From positions 186,001 through 250,000 of the forward strand of contig VJWM01000235.1 in the NCBI GenBank assembly GCA_010909165.1: a stretch of DNA of 64,000 bases. Direction: 5' to 3'. Every line of letters begins with the position of its first letter. The first letter of the stretch is position 1. This document shows positions 1-11,294 of the stretch, piece after piece. The DNA is from Anthoceros angustus. Taxonomy: Eukaryota > Plantae > Anthocerotophyta. A program made the position numbers and the translations under genes. The notes below the pieces were generated by a model that was given only the letters and a program-made list of their open reading frames with translations, was not told the origin of the DNA and did not search any database.

Positions 1-497
1 ACTGTTGGGGGCTTCACCGAAGCCCAGTTGCAGGAGCTGGTGAAGCAGTCACCTAATGAGGCCACACCGCCTCGCAATGCCTGGGCCTCTCTTCTGCGTT
101 GTAAGAGGCAGGTTACGCGTACTGTAGATGCAACAGTGGACGACCTTCGCAACGCGAAAAGGTTCCCCTTCTCCCTTCTGGTGGTCCTGACTGCCAACTC
201 ACTCTGTTGCGCGGCATTGCAATGGGTTGCGTTCCTGTACACTGGTACAACAAACTTCGATTTCTGTGTGTTACATGCTGATCCACCTCCTGGTTCCGGA
301 GGCGGAAAAGGCTTGTCATTGACCTTCACACCCGACATGTGAGATTCGTGCGGCTTCCATGAATTGGAAGAAACGTATCAAGTACGTCCCCTGACGTGCC
401 TTTCCTGACACATATCTGCTCCAGATATGAAGATCTCGTTGCGCAAGGACTGAATTTCGAGCTTCACAAGCATCTACTAGGGGAAACAACAAGTGGT

Positions 498-1281
498 CTA
501 CCTGATACAAGTGGAAAACCACAAAACTTCGTTCAGATTCTCCAGCTTTGCCTTCTCTCTGTCCTTGGGATAAGTGAAGTACAAAAGGTTAACCATGAGA
601 ATCACAAGGAGGAAGGGGAATGTGATCATGGAAAATAGCCCCTTTGCCAGAGCCCGAGCATTGCCCAGGTCGGGAGTGAGCGAGGACTCGTCAAAAACAT
701 GTCCAAAAAAGCCGCTATGCACGAAGACCTACCAGTGGCGTCCCAGCTGCTGCTATGGACTTCTCTAGGGTCAAGTCAATAGCATACACAGTGGTGTGCC
801 GATCAGTGGGCACTATTTCCGCAAATATGGGCCAGTTAGTGGCTGGTGAGTTCCAGGACATGAAAAAACCCAGGGGAAAAAGAATGCTCGAGCCCGTAGA
901 GCCATCCGTAAATGACTCTCTGCGGCACAACAAGCAGCAAAAGGCGGACAAGGGGATGCCAGACCCGGCATTGTACTCACGTGAGCATAAGATACGACCC
1001 GCGTTTGGGGCTATGCGTGAATATAAATCTACCAGCCAGCCTCCTAAGACGGAACCGAACATATTGCCTATGGACAAAAGAGCAACCAGAAGAGCGGCCG
1101 AACCATGACCAAATCCCAGCCGTTCCAGCCAAAGAGTGAAGAATGCCATGGCATTCCAAGGAACCGGCCCAACTCCTTGGCCTACAATAACTTGGAACGT
1201 AGGGACTTTCAGGACTTTTCTTGTGCCCTTCCATAACTCCTTCAACTGTAACTTGTAATGAGCTGTCAAGGAGGCATACAT
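498..1281 (-). CDS. Major facilitator superfamily transporter (plant spinster-like), 3' part, frameshifted
   Basis: ORF 715..1281 (KVLKVPTFQVIVGQG..PWNAMAFFTLWLERLGF..WNSPATNWPIFAEIVP..VYAIDLTLEKSIAAAGTPLVG) and ORF 498..722 (NARALAKGLFSMITFP..LYFTYPKDRE) match the C-terminal half of plant MFS_1 proteins. The N-terminal half is not recognisable upstream. Confidence 0.75.
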
Positions 1282-2414
1282 TGGTCCTGCCAGTCCCTTA
1301 CAGCGGAGGAGTTTTGGGACGTGGATATATGCATCTAGATTCCTGTGTTCGCAGAAGTACAGAAGCTTCCGGGCTACCTCGATTGGTTGCTACCTCCTGC
1401 ACAACTGCTGCAACCTCCCTCCCGAAAAATCCCAGGAAAAATCGCCTGTACAAGTCCTTCCCAAACCTGACACTTTCCACATAGGTTGATGGGTTGCGGC
1501 AGCTCTGGGCCATGCGAACTAAGGAAGCTGTATGGCACGTCTCGCTGCTCGATAGAGCATATCCTCCACGGGACTGAGAGATGAGTCGCAACACCTCTGC
1601 CGACAGGCGCAAGCTGCTGGACCAAGAACATGAGAGAGCTCCAACTCAGAAATGTTAATCGTGACTGTGGGCGCCGTTCTCGCCCAGTACCTGAAGTCGT
1701 TTTCATCTGGCTTATAGAAGAACTTTCGACCAGAGCTGTCAGTGCCCTTGGTGACATCAAAAACATATTCTAGCATGCCCCTACAATGTAGGAATTCGCT
1801 GATTTCAGCAGTGCCAGTCAGTCTCCAGTCTTTTTGTTGTAAACTTGCAAACTTTTGTTCTACCCTTGCCAAAGTAATCTGGAGTTGTTAAACCTTGTCG
1901 TTCAGGTCCTCTTCCATGGAGTTAGCTCAACAAAATCAGCAAACCACACATCCACACATGTTAGTACAAACCCTAAGCCTGGACCAACCACTTACAGTCC
2001 CTAGAAAAAAGAGTAGCACAGAAACAAATTAAGATCACCAAGATCACCCTCCCCTGTGAACCTTATCTTGCGCCCTGCATCCCGCAAGCCTGACGACGAC
2101 GAAGCTTTAGCGTTATTGAACCTTCCTATGGGAGAAACAAAATTGTAGGGCCTCTTCAGGGGCAGCTAGGGCGACTTTGTGGCATATTTTGAAGGATTGT
2201 CCGGAATGAGCAGATGGTCCTCCCTGACCATGAAGGGCGGATTATACAAGTTAAGTCCGTGCCCGTGCCGATCAAACACTCGTAAGCAATTCTGCTAGCT
2301 TTTCATCTGCATCCTGCATCCAAAGTATTAAGGACAAGTCATGAAGCTGCAACACGCAAGCGGTCGCGGTGCGGCGATCCTGGCGCATGACCGACATGCC
2401 TGCATGGGATCTCG

Positions 2415-2716
2415 CAGTGCTGTTGCCGCGCTCCAACAGCTGATCTCACAGCTGCTGTTGCCGCGCTCCAGCAAGTTATCTTGAAAGTGATGTTGCTGCG
2501 CTCCAAAAATGTGATCTCACAGCTGCTGTTGCCGCGCTCCAACAGCTGATCTCACAGCTCATGACGCCCCACTCCAACAGCTGATCTCACAGCTGCTGTT
2601 GCCGCGCTCCAGCAAGTGATCTCGAAAGTGATGTTCCCGCGCAGCGCTCCAACAGCTGATCTCACAGCTGTTGCCGCGCTCCAACAGCTGATCTCACAGC
2701 TGCTGTTGCCGCGCTT
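2415..2716. repeat. 35-bp minisatellite (GCTGCTGTTGCCGCGCTCCAACAGCTGATCTCACA); second copy at 4485-4786
   Basis: Several imperfect head-to-tail units with no unique spacers. Confidence 0.9.
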
Positions 2717-3189
2717 GTAAGCATGTCAAAGCATGGTTTGGTGCCCCACTTTTATATATGGCAAAGTACATTTGGCCACTGACGGGTGTGGAATCAGAAT
2801 TTTGAATGATTTATTTTATTTATTTATCTTACAATTTATATCATTTAATTTAACTTTTATTTTTATTTTTACTATAAAATTAACTTTAGATAAGTCTAAA
2901 TCAACTCACTTTTACCCTGCTGACAATTGTGCAAGACTTTGACATTGGCGCGTCCCCGCCTCTCTCCTTCCTCAGGCGTGCCGCCGCGACTCGTGCACGT
3001 GGATGCACTAAATCATACAGACGTGAAACCGGGTGCGCGTGATTTGGCGCCAAGACACCGTGGTGGCGCTATGCGCTGCGGACCCACGCAGTGGAGTCGC
3101 ATCATTCAGCACGACCGCGGCGCTGCACTTCAGTAAGTCTTGCGTCAGATGGCCGCCCTCGCGTACTCGCGCGCAAAATTCACCTGTGA

Positions 3190-3990
3190 TCCATTTTTAT
3201 CGTGATGTAGGTCCATGAGCAAAGACCTCCGTGAACATCGGTCGCGATCAAGCAGAGCGACTAAAACTTGCAAAACACCGCTTGAAGTGTAAAGGCCAAC
3301 CTAGCAAATACATTGGAATGGCGATAGACGGGATGGACCAAAGCAAGACGGAGCTCCCACATTTTCCTGCCCCTCCAAAGGATTTTGCAGATGGGCTTAT
3401 TCGGGTCCATGTTGTGGGTTGTTTGGTATACAACAACATTATGAAGACCAGGGTGTTTGTGAACTTCCCGAATATTCGGAACGACGCCAACTTAACTATT
3501 CATATCATCCAGGATGTTATTCTCACATATGAGACGGTTTTGCCAAAGACGTTTTACTTGCAGCTGGACAACACGGCCAGAGAAAACAAGAATATGTTGT
3601 TGTTTGCATACTTAAGTATGCTTGTCGAGAAGCGGGTCTTCGATAAGGTGAAGGTGGGCTTTCTTCTTGTCGCACACACATGCAATTGATCAAATGTTCT
3701 CATGCTTTTCTAAAAGTCTCGCACAAAAAGCAATGTCACTCGAAACCCTTATGAGTTTGATTCATCGTGCTTATACACCCAATCCAAGTGAAAATGGTTT
3801 CGAGGTGGCCGATTTCGAGCTTTGTCCGCCCAATGGGATGGGTAAAAGAGGACACGAGATGCGTAAGGAATTTGCACAATCATAGTTATCGATCAATTCA
3901 AAATTTCAAGGGAAGAAAGAGTCATGGAGCCATCAGAATAGCTTCTTCGTGGCAAGGCACTTTCTACTTGTCACATTGGGAACCGTTGGA
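3190..3990 (+). mobile_element. DUF7869 / Sola-like DDE transposase catalytic region, copy 1 (cut off by the duplication junction)
   Basis: ORF 3231..3689: KYIGMAIDGMDQSKTELPHF..NDANLTIHII..FYLQLDNTARENKNMLLFAYLSMLV..VKVGFLLVAHT, continuing as AIDQMFSCFSK. The DGMD / LDNxxRENKN / HT..ID pattern supplies three acidic residues. Confidence 0.7.
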
Positions 3991-5229
3991 GGGACAAAAT
4001 CAGCAAACCACACATCCACACATGTTAGTACAAACCCTAAGCCTGGACCAACCACTTACAGTCCCTAGAAAAAAGAGTAGCACAGAAACAAATTAAGATC
4101 ACCAAGATCACCCTCCCCTGTGAACCTTATCTTGCGCCCTGCATCCCGCAAGCCTGACGACGACGACGTGCTTTAGCGTTATTGAACCTTCCTATGGGAG
4201 AAACAAAATTGTAGGGCCTCTTCAGGGGCAGCTAGGGCGACTTTGTGGCATATTTTGAAGGATTGTCCGGAATGAGCAGATGGTCCTCCCTGACCATGAA
4301 GGGCGGATTATACAAGTTAAGTCCGTGCCCGTGCCGATCAAACACTCGTAAGCAATTCTGCTAGCTTTTCATCTGCATCCTGCATCCAAAGTATTAAGGA
4401 CAAGTCATGAAGCTGCAACACGCAAGCGGTCGCGGTGCGGCGATCCCCTGGCGCATGACCGACATGCTCATGGGATCTCGCAAGTGCTGTTGCCGCGCTC
4501 CAACAGCTGATCTCGCAGTTGCTGTTGCCGCGCTCCAGCAAGTTATCTTGAAAGTGATGTTGCTGCGCTCCAAAAATGTGATCTCACAGCTGCTGTTGCC
4601 GCACTCCAACAGCTGATCTCACAGCTCATGACGCCCCACTCCAACAGCTGAATTCACAGTTGCTGTTGACGCGCTCCAGCAAGTGATCTCGAAAGTGATG
4701 TTCCCGCGCAGCGCTCCAACACCTCATCTCACAGCTGCTGTTGCCGCACTCCAACAGCTGATCTCACAGCTGCCGTTGCCGCGCTTGTAAGCATGTCAAA
4801 GCATGGTTTGGTGCCCCACTTTTATATATGGCAAAGTACATTTGGCCACTGACGGGTGTGAATCAGAATTTTGAATGATTTATTTTTATTTATTTATCTT
4901 ACAATTTATATCATTTAATTTAACTTTTTATTTTTATTTTTACTATAAAAATTAACTTTAGATAAGTCTAAATCAACTCACTTTACCCGTTGACAATTGT
5001 GCCGCACTTTGGACATTGGCCCCGCCTCTCCTTCCCCGCGCCAAGACAAGCGCTGCGACTCGTGACGGTGGATGCACTAAAGCTGTGCGAAACGGGCGTG
5101 AGGCCAAGACATTGTGCGCGACTTATGCGCGGGACCCACGCAGTGAGCTGATTAGCAGACCGGGCGCGCGCATCTTCAGTAAGTCTTGCGCAGTGCCGGC
5201 CGCCTCGCGCAGCCTGCGACCAAGGTCAA

Positions 5230-6780
5230 AATTCTGACCATGTGATCCATTTTTATCGCGTGACAGAGGTCCATGAGCAAGACTCTCCGTGAACATCTCG
5301 GATCAGAGCGACTAAAACTTGCAAAACACCGCTTGAAGTGTAAAGGCCAACCGAGCAAATACATTGGAATGGCGATAGACGGATGGACCAAAGCAAGACG
5401 GAGCTCCCACATTTTCCCCGCCTCCAAAGGATTTTGCATGGGCTTATTCGGTCCATGTTGTGGGTTGTTTGGTATACAACAACATTATGAAGAGGTGTTT
5501 GTGAACTTCCGAATATTCGAACGACGCCAACTTAACTATTCATATCATCCGTGATGTTATTCTCACCTATGAGAGGTTCTCGTCAAGACGCTTTTACTTG
5601 CAACTAGACAACACGGCCAGAGAAAACAAGAATATGTTGTTGTTTGCATACTTGAGTATGCTTGTCGAGAAGCGGTCTTCGATAAGGTGAAGGTTTTCTT
5701 CTTGCACACGATGATGCAATTGATCAAATGTTCTCATGCTTTTCTAAAAGTCTCGTGCACAAAAAGCAATGTCACCAAACCCTTATGAGTTTGATTCATC
5801 GCTTATACACCCAATCCGAAGTGAAAATGGTTTCCGAGGTGGCCGATTTCAGAGCTTTGTCTCGCCCAATGGGATGGGTAAAAGAGGGACACGAGATGCG
5901 CGTAAGGAATTTGCACAATCATAGTTATCAAGATCAATTCAAAATTTCAAGGGAAGAAAGAGTCATGGAGCCATGAATAGCTTCTTCGTGGCAAGGCACT
6001 TTCTACTTGTTCACATTGGGAACCGCTGAGGGTTTGGAGTTCCTTGAGAATACCAAACAGATATAAGGGGAGCGCCTTTATGTCCACTTCAATCGCATGG
6101 CAAACCCGTGGAAGACGCATAAATCATTGAGAGCCATTAGGAAAGCCCTCAAGAACCGATGCAAAAATATCTATCTCGAAGACAAAGTATGGTGGAACTC
6201 GCTCATATCATCCGATATTTATGCGATAAAATGAGGAGGAGTCCATCGAGATCTTCAAAAGCATGGGAGTGGTACAACAGTGGACGAGGCCGAGCGGAAC
6301 TTAAATCCCATCGACGCTCCAGATGTCTTTGTCATTCGCCCAGCTCACAACCCCGCAACTGCCACATGTATCTCGGAATTTTAGGCCAGGGAGCAGCCAT
6401 CGAATCGAGTTGGCGAGATTCGATGGGGATGTGTCCGAGATCGACGAGGCTATATGATTGCGTCCATGTGAGATGACGATCGTAACAGCCTTCGATTGCG
6501 TAAGTCGAAGACTTGGATTTCTTATGTGACGAACCTTACCTAGTTGTCCAGGGTGGGTGACAGAGAATAGCAATGCGCTTTGAGGGAAGGTACCTACCGA
6601 GGAGATATTGGCTCCACACAGTTGATAGAGAGGGTTTATAACGAGGAAGCGACCAAGCACCGGATCGATCGCTGATATCGGAGACATTTATTTTGGCATA
6701 CGGTTCTCCTTGCAAGGGATAGCACTCTACAAGTCCGCATACGTGAGCTTATCAAGACAAAGTTTCGAACTTCAACATCT
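5230..6780 (+). mobile_element. DUF7869 / Sola-like DDE transposase, copy 2 with C-terminal continuation (many indels)
   Basis: Same sequence as copy 1 (ERLKLAKHRLKCKGQPSKYIGMAIDG; CAACTAGACAACACGGCCAGAGAAAACAAG at about 5600). It continues past 6030 in fragmented frames; the 3' boundary is approximate. Confidence 0.65.
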
Positions 6781-7197
6781 ACGCCGTGGAAGAAGGTAAT
6801 AGGTTGAAGATAACAGTGCACTCACCAAGTTCCTGGAGAGAGTTGCATTGAGGAAAATGATGATTCGGATGAAAATCCCAAAATAAGGGTGGTTTGACAA
6901 GCGCTGATGAAAGAGACATCCGACTTCAAAGACCAATCGCAACAAGAACCCGCGGCAGAGGCAACGGAACCGGACTATTGGTGCTTTTGAAGGCATGTTT
7001 GATGATGATCCGACAAGGTCACTGTCAAGGAGACTAAACACAGAGAGGATAGAAAGGTGATAGGGTATTCTTCGTAGCTTTAGGGCATAGGGTAGATAGA
7101 TGAGGTGTCTATGTGGACGCCGACCGATTTGTGCAACTTATGTCGTCTGGCTTCCGCCACATCCATGCACCTCCAAGAAGACATATTTCCTCACGAT

Positions 7198-10100
7198 GAT
7201 ATATTTCGTGACTGCTTTTGCCTTGTGCTCGCACAAGTTTGCATACCCTTGTTTAGGCGCGCACTTACGCCGCCTAGCCCCCACTTGGTATACAAAACAT
7301 ATAGAACCACACAAATTGCGTAAACCAATCGACATGCCGAAATTATGGAAGAATTCTACGCCTTCATCACACCGACAAATTATCCATGAACACGAGTGCG
7401 CCACCTGTGTAAATGACCGGACAGAAGTGGTGCCGAGCCGAGAATGCCGAATCCGATGGATGAACACCTACAAAACTCAACAAAACCAACCCAACTGGCT
7501 GCGAATAGGGTTGGGATTTTTTCCAAAACCCCTTTTGACAGGAGAAACCCCTTTCAGAACAGACGCTGTTAATGAGAACGAGGATGGTAGTGAGTTTGGC
7601 CCGGAGGATGAGGACGACGGGCCCATACCTGATGTGCTCGGACACCTGATGAAGAGCATTCAGATGCGCAGCAGGAGGACAGGGATGCAGGGGTTTTCAT
7701 GCCTTATGGAATCCCACTGGGGGTGCCTACTGGTAGGTATGACCCAGAAGGTGGAGAGGGGCGCCGCCACCGCACCCCCGCCATCGCCGGTGGTCGAGCC
7801 CGCACACTTGATCCGCGAAGGTTTATGGAAGGGAGAGACTGGCGACCGCCGGGCTAATCAGAGGAGCAACAGCATGCTGCTGTGCAGGAGGAGGAGGAGA
7901 GGGGCCGGCCGGCGCCTCTTGATACCTTCTTGAGGATGCTGTGGAGGCGTAGGGTGGCAAAGGGTGGGAAGGAAGCTGCTTTTGAGGAGGCGGTGAGGAG
8001 GTATGAAAGCGAGGACCAGCCTATAGCAAAAGCTAAGAGAAAAGCGAACAAACTGCAGAGGGTGGAAAATGTGGGTGAGATCCCCACTGTTCACGTTTCA
8101 ACAGATTAGGAAAGAATTGCCGAAGCTATCCGGGATGAAGACCCCCTGACATGGGTCAGAGAAGCAGCATATTCTAAGAAGGTGGTATTGGAAACAGTGC
8201 TGGTGAAATTAGAGAACCTTCGGCCGGCCTCCTACCTTACACCAGATGCACAGATACGCAAGGTTGATGAAGCCAATTATTTGGCGCGTGTTATTTCAAA
8301 AAGGAGGATTGAAGAAGGTGTTTTGCCTCTATTATGTATGATTGATCCTGCAGAGTGTGATTATACATGGAAAAGCTAGATGTAGATTCAAGGCCAAAAA
8401 ATATGTCATGGGAGTGCTTGGAGGAAACCACATTATGCGGCGAAGCATCTTGCGTGACATCTCCTGCAAGAAGCGGTTTCAATATGTGGAGGCTCATCAT
8501 ACCGTGGTCTCAACGCACAGAGATGCGAGTCTCGCCACGACCATAATACTATGTCCGATAAGCGCCGGAAGATGAATTTTATATAGAGTGAGGTATTTGA
8601 GGATGAATTGATTATTGAACGCGATGTCAGTGTATGACCATGACATGGAAATTCAACTGCATAAGGTGTTGGGTCTTATTGAAGATGATGAATGGAAGAT
8701 GATGTTTATAAATGTAACAAGGTTGACAACAGACCCATATATTATGCATCAAACAAGAGGGTAGGTATGGGAAAATGTAGACAAGATTTTACCAAGTGGG
8801 AAGGAGAGTTGCCGTAATGTATAGCATGTGTGACAAGCAAGAAGAGCAAGGAAGCTGAAAGTGGCCGAGGAGGCCAACAAAATAGACTCGCTTATGTGAA
8901 GCCCAAGGATATGTTCGCAAAGCCTTGGAAATCATTTCAAGGAATTCCAATGGGAGTGTGGGCATACTTATAACCGCTTAAAGAGAAAGTGTTGGGCCTC
9001 ATTGACCGAAAGGAATGGATGATATATCTCTCGAAGATATATTTCGTGACTGCTTTTGCCTTGTGCTCGCACAAGTTTGCATACCCTTGTTTAGGCGCGC
9101 ACTTACGCCGCCTAGCCCCACTTGGTATACAAAACATATAGAACCACACAAATTGCGTAAACCACGACATGCCGAAATTATGGAAGAATTCCACAGCCTT
9201 CATCACACCGACAAATTATCCATGAACACGAGTGCAAGGCACCACGCAAAATGACCGGACAGAAGTGGTGCCGAGCCGAGAATGCCCGAATCCGATGGAT
9301 GAACACCTACAAAAAACTCAACAAAACCAACTTTTGCCATGAATAGGGTTGGGATTTTTTCCAAAACCCCTTTGATGTGAGAAACCCTTCGCAGACCGCT
9401 ACGAGAACGAGGATGGTAGTGAGTTTGGCCCGAGGATGAGGACGACGGGCCCATACCGATGTGCCTTGGACACGATGAAGAGCATCTGATGCGCAGCGAG
9501 GAGGGATGCAGGGTTTTCATGCCTTATGGAATCCCACCGGGGTGTGGTATATGACCCAAGGTGGAGAGGCGCCGCCAACCTGCACCCTCTCACGCCATCG
9601 CGCTGGGAGCCTCGCACACTTGATCCGGTTTATGGAAGGGAGGAGCACTGGCCGGCCGGCGCCCCACAGAGAGCAACAGCAGATGCTCATGTGCAGGAGG
9701 AGGAGGGAGAGGGCGCCGCCGGCCGCGCCTTGATACTGGAGGATGCCAGGAGGCGAGGGTGACAAGGGAAAAGGCGGTGCTGCTTTTGAGGCAGAGGCGA
9801 GGGAGGTGGGAAAGCAGCAAAGCTAAGAGAAAAGCGAACAAACTGCAGAGGGTGGAAAATGTGGGTGAGATCCCACTGCTCACGTTCAGACAGGGAAAGA
9901 ATTGCCAAGCTATCCGGATGAAGACCATGGGTCGAGAAGGCATATTCTAAGAAGGTGGTATTGGAAACAGTGCTGGTGAAATTAGAGAACCTTCGGCGGG
10001 CCTCCTACCTTACACGGATGACACGCAAGGTTAAGGTTGAAAGCCAATTATTTGGCGCGTGTTATTTCAAAAAGGAGGATTGAAGAAGGTGTTTTGCCTC

Positions 10101-10865
10101 TATTATGTATGATTGATCCTGCAGAGTGTGATTATATGGAAAAGCTAGACTGGCAGAGATTCAAGGCCAAAAAATATGTCATGGGAGTGCTTGGAGGAAA
10201 CCACACATATGCGGCAATGAAGCATCTTGCAGACATCTCTCCGGGCAAGAAGCGGTTTCAATATGTGGAGGCTCATGTATACTGTGGTCTCAACGTACAG
10301 GAGATGCGAGTCCTGGCCACGGACCATAATACTATGTCCGATAAGCGCTGGAAGATGAATTTTATAGAGCAAGTGAGGTATTTGAGGGATGAATTGATTA
10401 TTGCTGAACGCGATGCTGTGCAGATGACCATGACATGGAAATTCAACCTGTACAAGGTGTTGGGTCTTATTGAAGATGATGAAGCACGTGAGGATGATGT
10501 TTATAAACAGAACAAGGTTGATAACAGGACCCATATATTATGCATCGCGAAACAAGAGGGCAGGGTATGGGAAAATGTAGACAAAATTTTTACCAAGTGG
10601 GAAGCAGGAGAGTTGCCAGAACAGAAGAAGCATGCGGTAGCTGGGACAAGCAAGAAGAGCAAGGGGAAGCGGAAAGTGGCCGAGGAGGCCAACAAAATAG
10701 ACTCTGTTTATGTGAAGCCCAAGGATATGCTCGCAAAGCCTTGGAAATCATTTCAAGGAATTCCAGCGGGGGAGTGTGGGCAGCAGATACTTATAACCGC
10801 TAAAGAGAAAGTGTTGGTAGGGCTCATTGACCTGAAAGGAATGGATGACGATATATCTCTTCGGA
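7198..10865 (+). repeat. Tandem duplication, unit about 1838 bp (7198-9035 / 9036-about 10865)
   Basis: GATATATTTCGTGACTGCTTTTGCC occurs at 7198 and 9036. The first copy of the ParB region (8180-9030) is indel-riddled, while the second (10037-10865) is open. Confidence 0.93.
8180..9030 (+). pseudogene. Degenerate duplicate of the ParB-like exon
   Basis: ORF 8182..8379 VLVKLENLRPASYLTPDAQIRKVDEANYLARVISKRRIEEGVLPLLCMIDP and KKYVMGVLGGNH in ORF 8342..8575; multiple frameshifts relative to 10037..10999. Confidence 0.8.
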
Positions 10866-10999
10866 AGAAATTTCATATTATTCAAGTGGCGATGGCAAAA
10901 CACCTTGGTTGCTCGTCCTTTGAGGAGGTTCGGCAGAAGTATCCACAGCACTCCACTGATCAAATGCTTGCTCGTTTCCAAACGGCATTTGCCGGAAAG
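9950..10999 (+). CDS. ParB/Srx-like domain exon of a ParB-DNA methyltransferase fusion gene
   Basis: ORF 10037..11068: RRIEEGVLPLLCMIDP..KYVMGVLGGNHTYAAMKHL..VEAHVYCGLNVQEMRVLATDHN resembles the ParB-N pattern (P-I-x-V..I-x-D-G-x-H-R-x-x-A..A..EN). It ends at a consensus donor AAG|GTATGC at 10999/11000. The true start is further upstream, possibly about 7.1 kb, and is unresolved. Confidence 0.7.
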
Positions 11000-11294
11000 G
11001 TATGCCATTTTCCCAGACGTTCTTTCGATGTTCAGACTGCCCGGCCTACCACTATATGCATATACTAATCACAATGGGGGCCGCCAGCACCGCCTCCCCG
11101 CTCCTCACCGCAGAGGACAAGTCCACTGGGAGGGCGCCGGCCGCCGCTTTTGTCCTCCACCGCTGTGGAGGAGGGCGCTACCGGCCGGGCGCCTGCAGGT
11201 AGCATAAGAGAGGGCACCGCCGGCCGCGCCCACCTCCATTTTTAGCGCTTTTATCCGCCACCGTATGCATTCTAACAGATTGTTATTTTGACAG
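11000..11294 (+). other. GT-AG spliceosomal intron (295 bp) joining the ParB exon to the methyltransferase exon
   Basis: Donor AAG|GTATGC, branch-like CTAAC at 11272-11276, acceptor TTATTTTGACAG|CAA at 11294. The phase-0 join AFAGK|QLKDVEVLTKLP is in frame with ORF 11307..11516. Confidence 0.75.

Larger units (their letters stand above)
1931..6030 (+). repeat. Tandem duplication, unit about 2064 bp (1931-3994 / 3995-about 6030)
   Basis: CAAAATCAGCAAACCACACATCC starts at both 1931 and 3995. The copies are colinear and differ mainly by small indels. Confidence 0.95.

Noticed and set aside
2415-2716. 35-bp repeats of CRISPR-like length
   Set aside because: The units are head-to-tail with no unique spacers, there are no cas genes, and the context is eukaryotic; this is a minisatellite.
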